Shown: in pieces, positions 61,864-64,000 of the stretch
Layout of the letters: every line of letters starts with the position of its first letter
Position numbering within the stretch: position 1 is the first letter of the stretch
DNA from: Macrostomum lignano
Taxonomy: Eukaryota
Assembly: GCA_002269645.1 (NCBI GenBank)
Contig: NIVC01001353.1
Coordinates: 62,001-126,000 of the forward strand
Direction of reading: 5' to 3'
DNA: 64,000 nt
Notes under the pieces: generated by a model
Seen by the model: the letters and a program-made list of their open reading frames with translations, nothing else
The model's database searches: none
Told to the model about the DNA's origin: nothing
Translations under genes and position numbers: made by a program

Positions 61864-63237
61864 GCGGTGCAGCAGGTCCGCACACAGCAAGCCAGCGGCA
61901 TGAAAAGATTCTCTTGAACTCTGATAATTTTGTGCGAATCTCCCAGTTTCTTTGATTTTCGATCTGTAGCCGAAGTACCAATTCAATTCTATTGATTGCG
62001 GAGATGATTAACTGCAGGCAAAATATTCCTTATAGCCGAGCTTCTCTCAACAATCTGCACTAAGCAGAATAAATTTCTATTTCTCATCTGCCTCTTTCTG
62101 TGACAGTTTAGTTGATGTAAAATATTTTTCCCTGCAACTTCAAGTTGCATTTGAACTGCAGAACCCCCCCCCCCCTCTGAAATGTTGTACTATGCTGTCT
62201 AAGTGTTTGCTTCAATTCTGTTGCTCTCACGCGCCAGCCAGACTCTCCAAGCTGATGGGGCACCAGACTGCCTGGCTACAATGAGTTGCACGAGTGCTGG
62301 CGCACTTTCTTAGCCTCGAAAACCAGCTTTTCTGTTGCTTTTCGTCATGATTTTCCCACCATTTTTGCACAGGTTTTAAAATTAATTTGCTGAAAGAAAA
62401 ACTTTTGCTTGCCAATAATTAGGTTAAAATTGTTGCTGGGGCCCCAGCAACCAATATTAAAACACACGCAATAAAGCACTGAATCAGCTGTTTGTGCATT
62501 ACGCCTGCTAATTGCTTGATAAACCAATGCTTCGTGCGCGGTTTCTACACGGCTGCAAATGCACAGACAGGCGGCTGGGACGGCAGCGCAGTGGGCCAGA
62601 AGCTTAGTGGAGCAGAAGCGGCCTGCAGATTGAGCATCCACTCAGGAGCTTTAGTGCGAATTGTTGCAACACACGCGGAAGAAATTGAACAACGGTTTAC
62701 TGTAGAGCATTCGATTAAGAGGCTGCACTGCTCGGAAAAAAAGAAAGGTACTCAGGGGTACTCAGGATTGAGTCACCGTTATGTTGGCCTTAATTCTTCG
62801 AAAGAAGTACGAAGAACCAGTTAAAATTTCAGTACTAAGAAAATAGATTAGAAATAGCAGCCTGGGCTACTTGCATCAGTAGAGCAGTGAGCAACTAAAG
62901 AGACAATTATATATTTTATAGATTTTCTTTAAAACTTGCCGATGCTCATTCAGATCAGAGAGTGTATTTTATTGGCAGTTAAGACACCTGCGAATGCGAA
63001 TTTAAAACGTAAGAATAGAAGTACAAATTCTACTTATAGGCCATATGATATAAATGAAAGCAAAAAGGCGGTAATTAAAAAAATGCTGACCGGGTTAAAG
63101 CAGTGTAAAAAATCAAGCGACGATGCTGGAAGGCGGAATCGAATTTCATACGGAATTTTCAATGCAAATCAGACGCGAATCACTAGGGAGAGCAAAACCA
63201 ATGATTAACAGTTCGAATAGCTAGAGACTTGCGCAAA

Positions 63238-64000
63238 TCAGATCGAATAGTTCGGCCAGGCGTGTGGCGGCACGGGCGGCGGCGAGGCGGCCGCAGCCTT
63301 CAGCCAGCGCCGGACTCGGTTATTCGGCGAGTCCGCGCCTGCCGCCGTCTCGGCAGCATCGACAGCTGACGACTCCGAAGACGATTCTGAGGCGGCCGAG
63401 GCGTAGGACGAGGCGGTGTCCGAGGCTGGGTGTGGGGCGGACGGCCTGGCCGGCCGGGCCAGCCGGTCGCAGAGCTTGTCGCAAAGCAGTTCCGGCGTCA
63501 GCCAGCGCCGGGCATCGTCGCAGAGCAGGCCGCCTTCGGACAGGACGTCCAGCGTCAGACAGCAGACTTGAAGCAGGCCGAGCATGCGCTGGGCCGGCTG
63601 CCGCGGCTGCTGGACGGGGTCGGCCGGCTGCTGCCGCGCGCTGGCCCCAGAGAAGTCCAAGTCGGCGGCAGCGGCCGGCGGCGGCAATTCCTCCTCGCTG
63701 GCCGGAATGCGTAGCCGCGGCGAGGAGGCGGGCGAAAGATTCTCGGACAAGTCCGGCCGGCCCTCGCACTGCTCGTCGCTTAACGAGGGGATCAAAGCGT
63801 CGGAGGCGTCGTCAGCGGTGGCAGCGACGACAGCGGCCGGAGTGTCGACAACGGCAGCAGCGGAGGCTAACGAGGATGAGGAGCTGCCGGTGACGCCCAG
63901 ACTGAGCTTGGCATTGTTGAGCTTGTCACTCAGCCGGCCGGAGTCGCGCGAATTGGCCAGGCCGATGCTGGACGCTGTAGGCCAGTCGGACTCCGGGCCA
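63238..64000 (-). CDS. 3' coding end of an unidentified protein (frame open to window edge)
   Basis: Frame open from 63999 (GPESDWPTASSIG...) to TGA at 63238; GC3 bias; one ordered block MLGLLQVCCLTLDVLSEGGLLCDDARRWLTPELLCDKLCDRL. Confidence 0.65.
   Translation of the reverse strand, partial: GPESDWPTASSIGLANSRDSGRLSDKLNNAKLSLGVTGSSSSSLASAAAVVDTPAAVVAATADDASDALIPSLSDEQCEGRPDLSENLSPASSPRLRIPASEEELPPPAAAADLDFSGASARQQPADPVQQPRQPAQRMLGLLQVCCLTLDVLSEGGLLCDDARRWLTPELLCDKLCDRLARPARPSAPHPASDTASSYASAASESSSESSAVDAAETAAGADSPNNRVRRWLKAAAASPPPVPPHAWPNYSI

Noticed and set aside
62432-62451. Perfect 20-bp palindrome GTTGCTGGGGCCCCAGCAAC
   Set aside because: Isolated, with no associated feature; recorded only.

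Overview
Eukaryotic (invertebrate) genomic DNA. GC-rich spliced exons sit in AT-rich introns and spacers packed with unrelated mini- and microsatellites. This style suggests a Macrostomum-like flatworm (inference, not verified). No prokaryotic system or CRISPR array is present, and almost all long ORFs in the track are tandem-repeat artefacts. Layout: (1) 1-13612, a head-to-tail train of about four non-autonomous Helitron-like units, each with a different internal minisatellite. (2) 13666-26836, a ~13 kb inverted duplication. Each arm holds a 4-exon secreted PAN/Apple + ALK/LTK-type glycine-rich protein gene, and the copies differ mainly in short hypervariable coding patches. The spacer holds an 8-exon secreted protein with three copies of an unnamed ~190-aa domain, the first interrupted by an in-frame TAG. 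(3) 27-64 kb: a 2-TM orphan gene, a C6orf89/BRAP-like gene, a divergent PKA type-II regulatory-subunit-like gene, two 3' exons of an unidentified gene, a decayed piggyBac fragment, an intronless LRR membrane protein, and the 3' end of another gene. A window-wide pattern is that intronic minisatellites start exactly at splice donors or end exactly at acceptors, and their monomers contain the splice signal. All gene models and alignments were made by eye.
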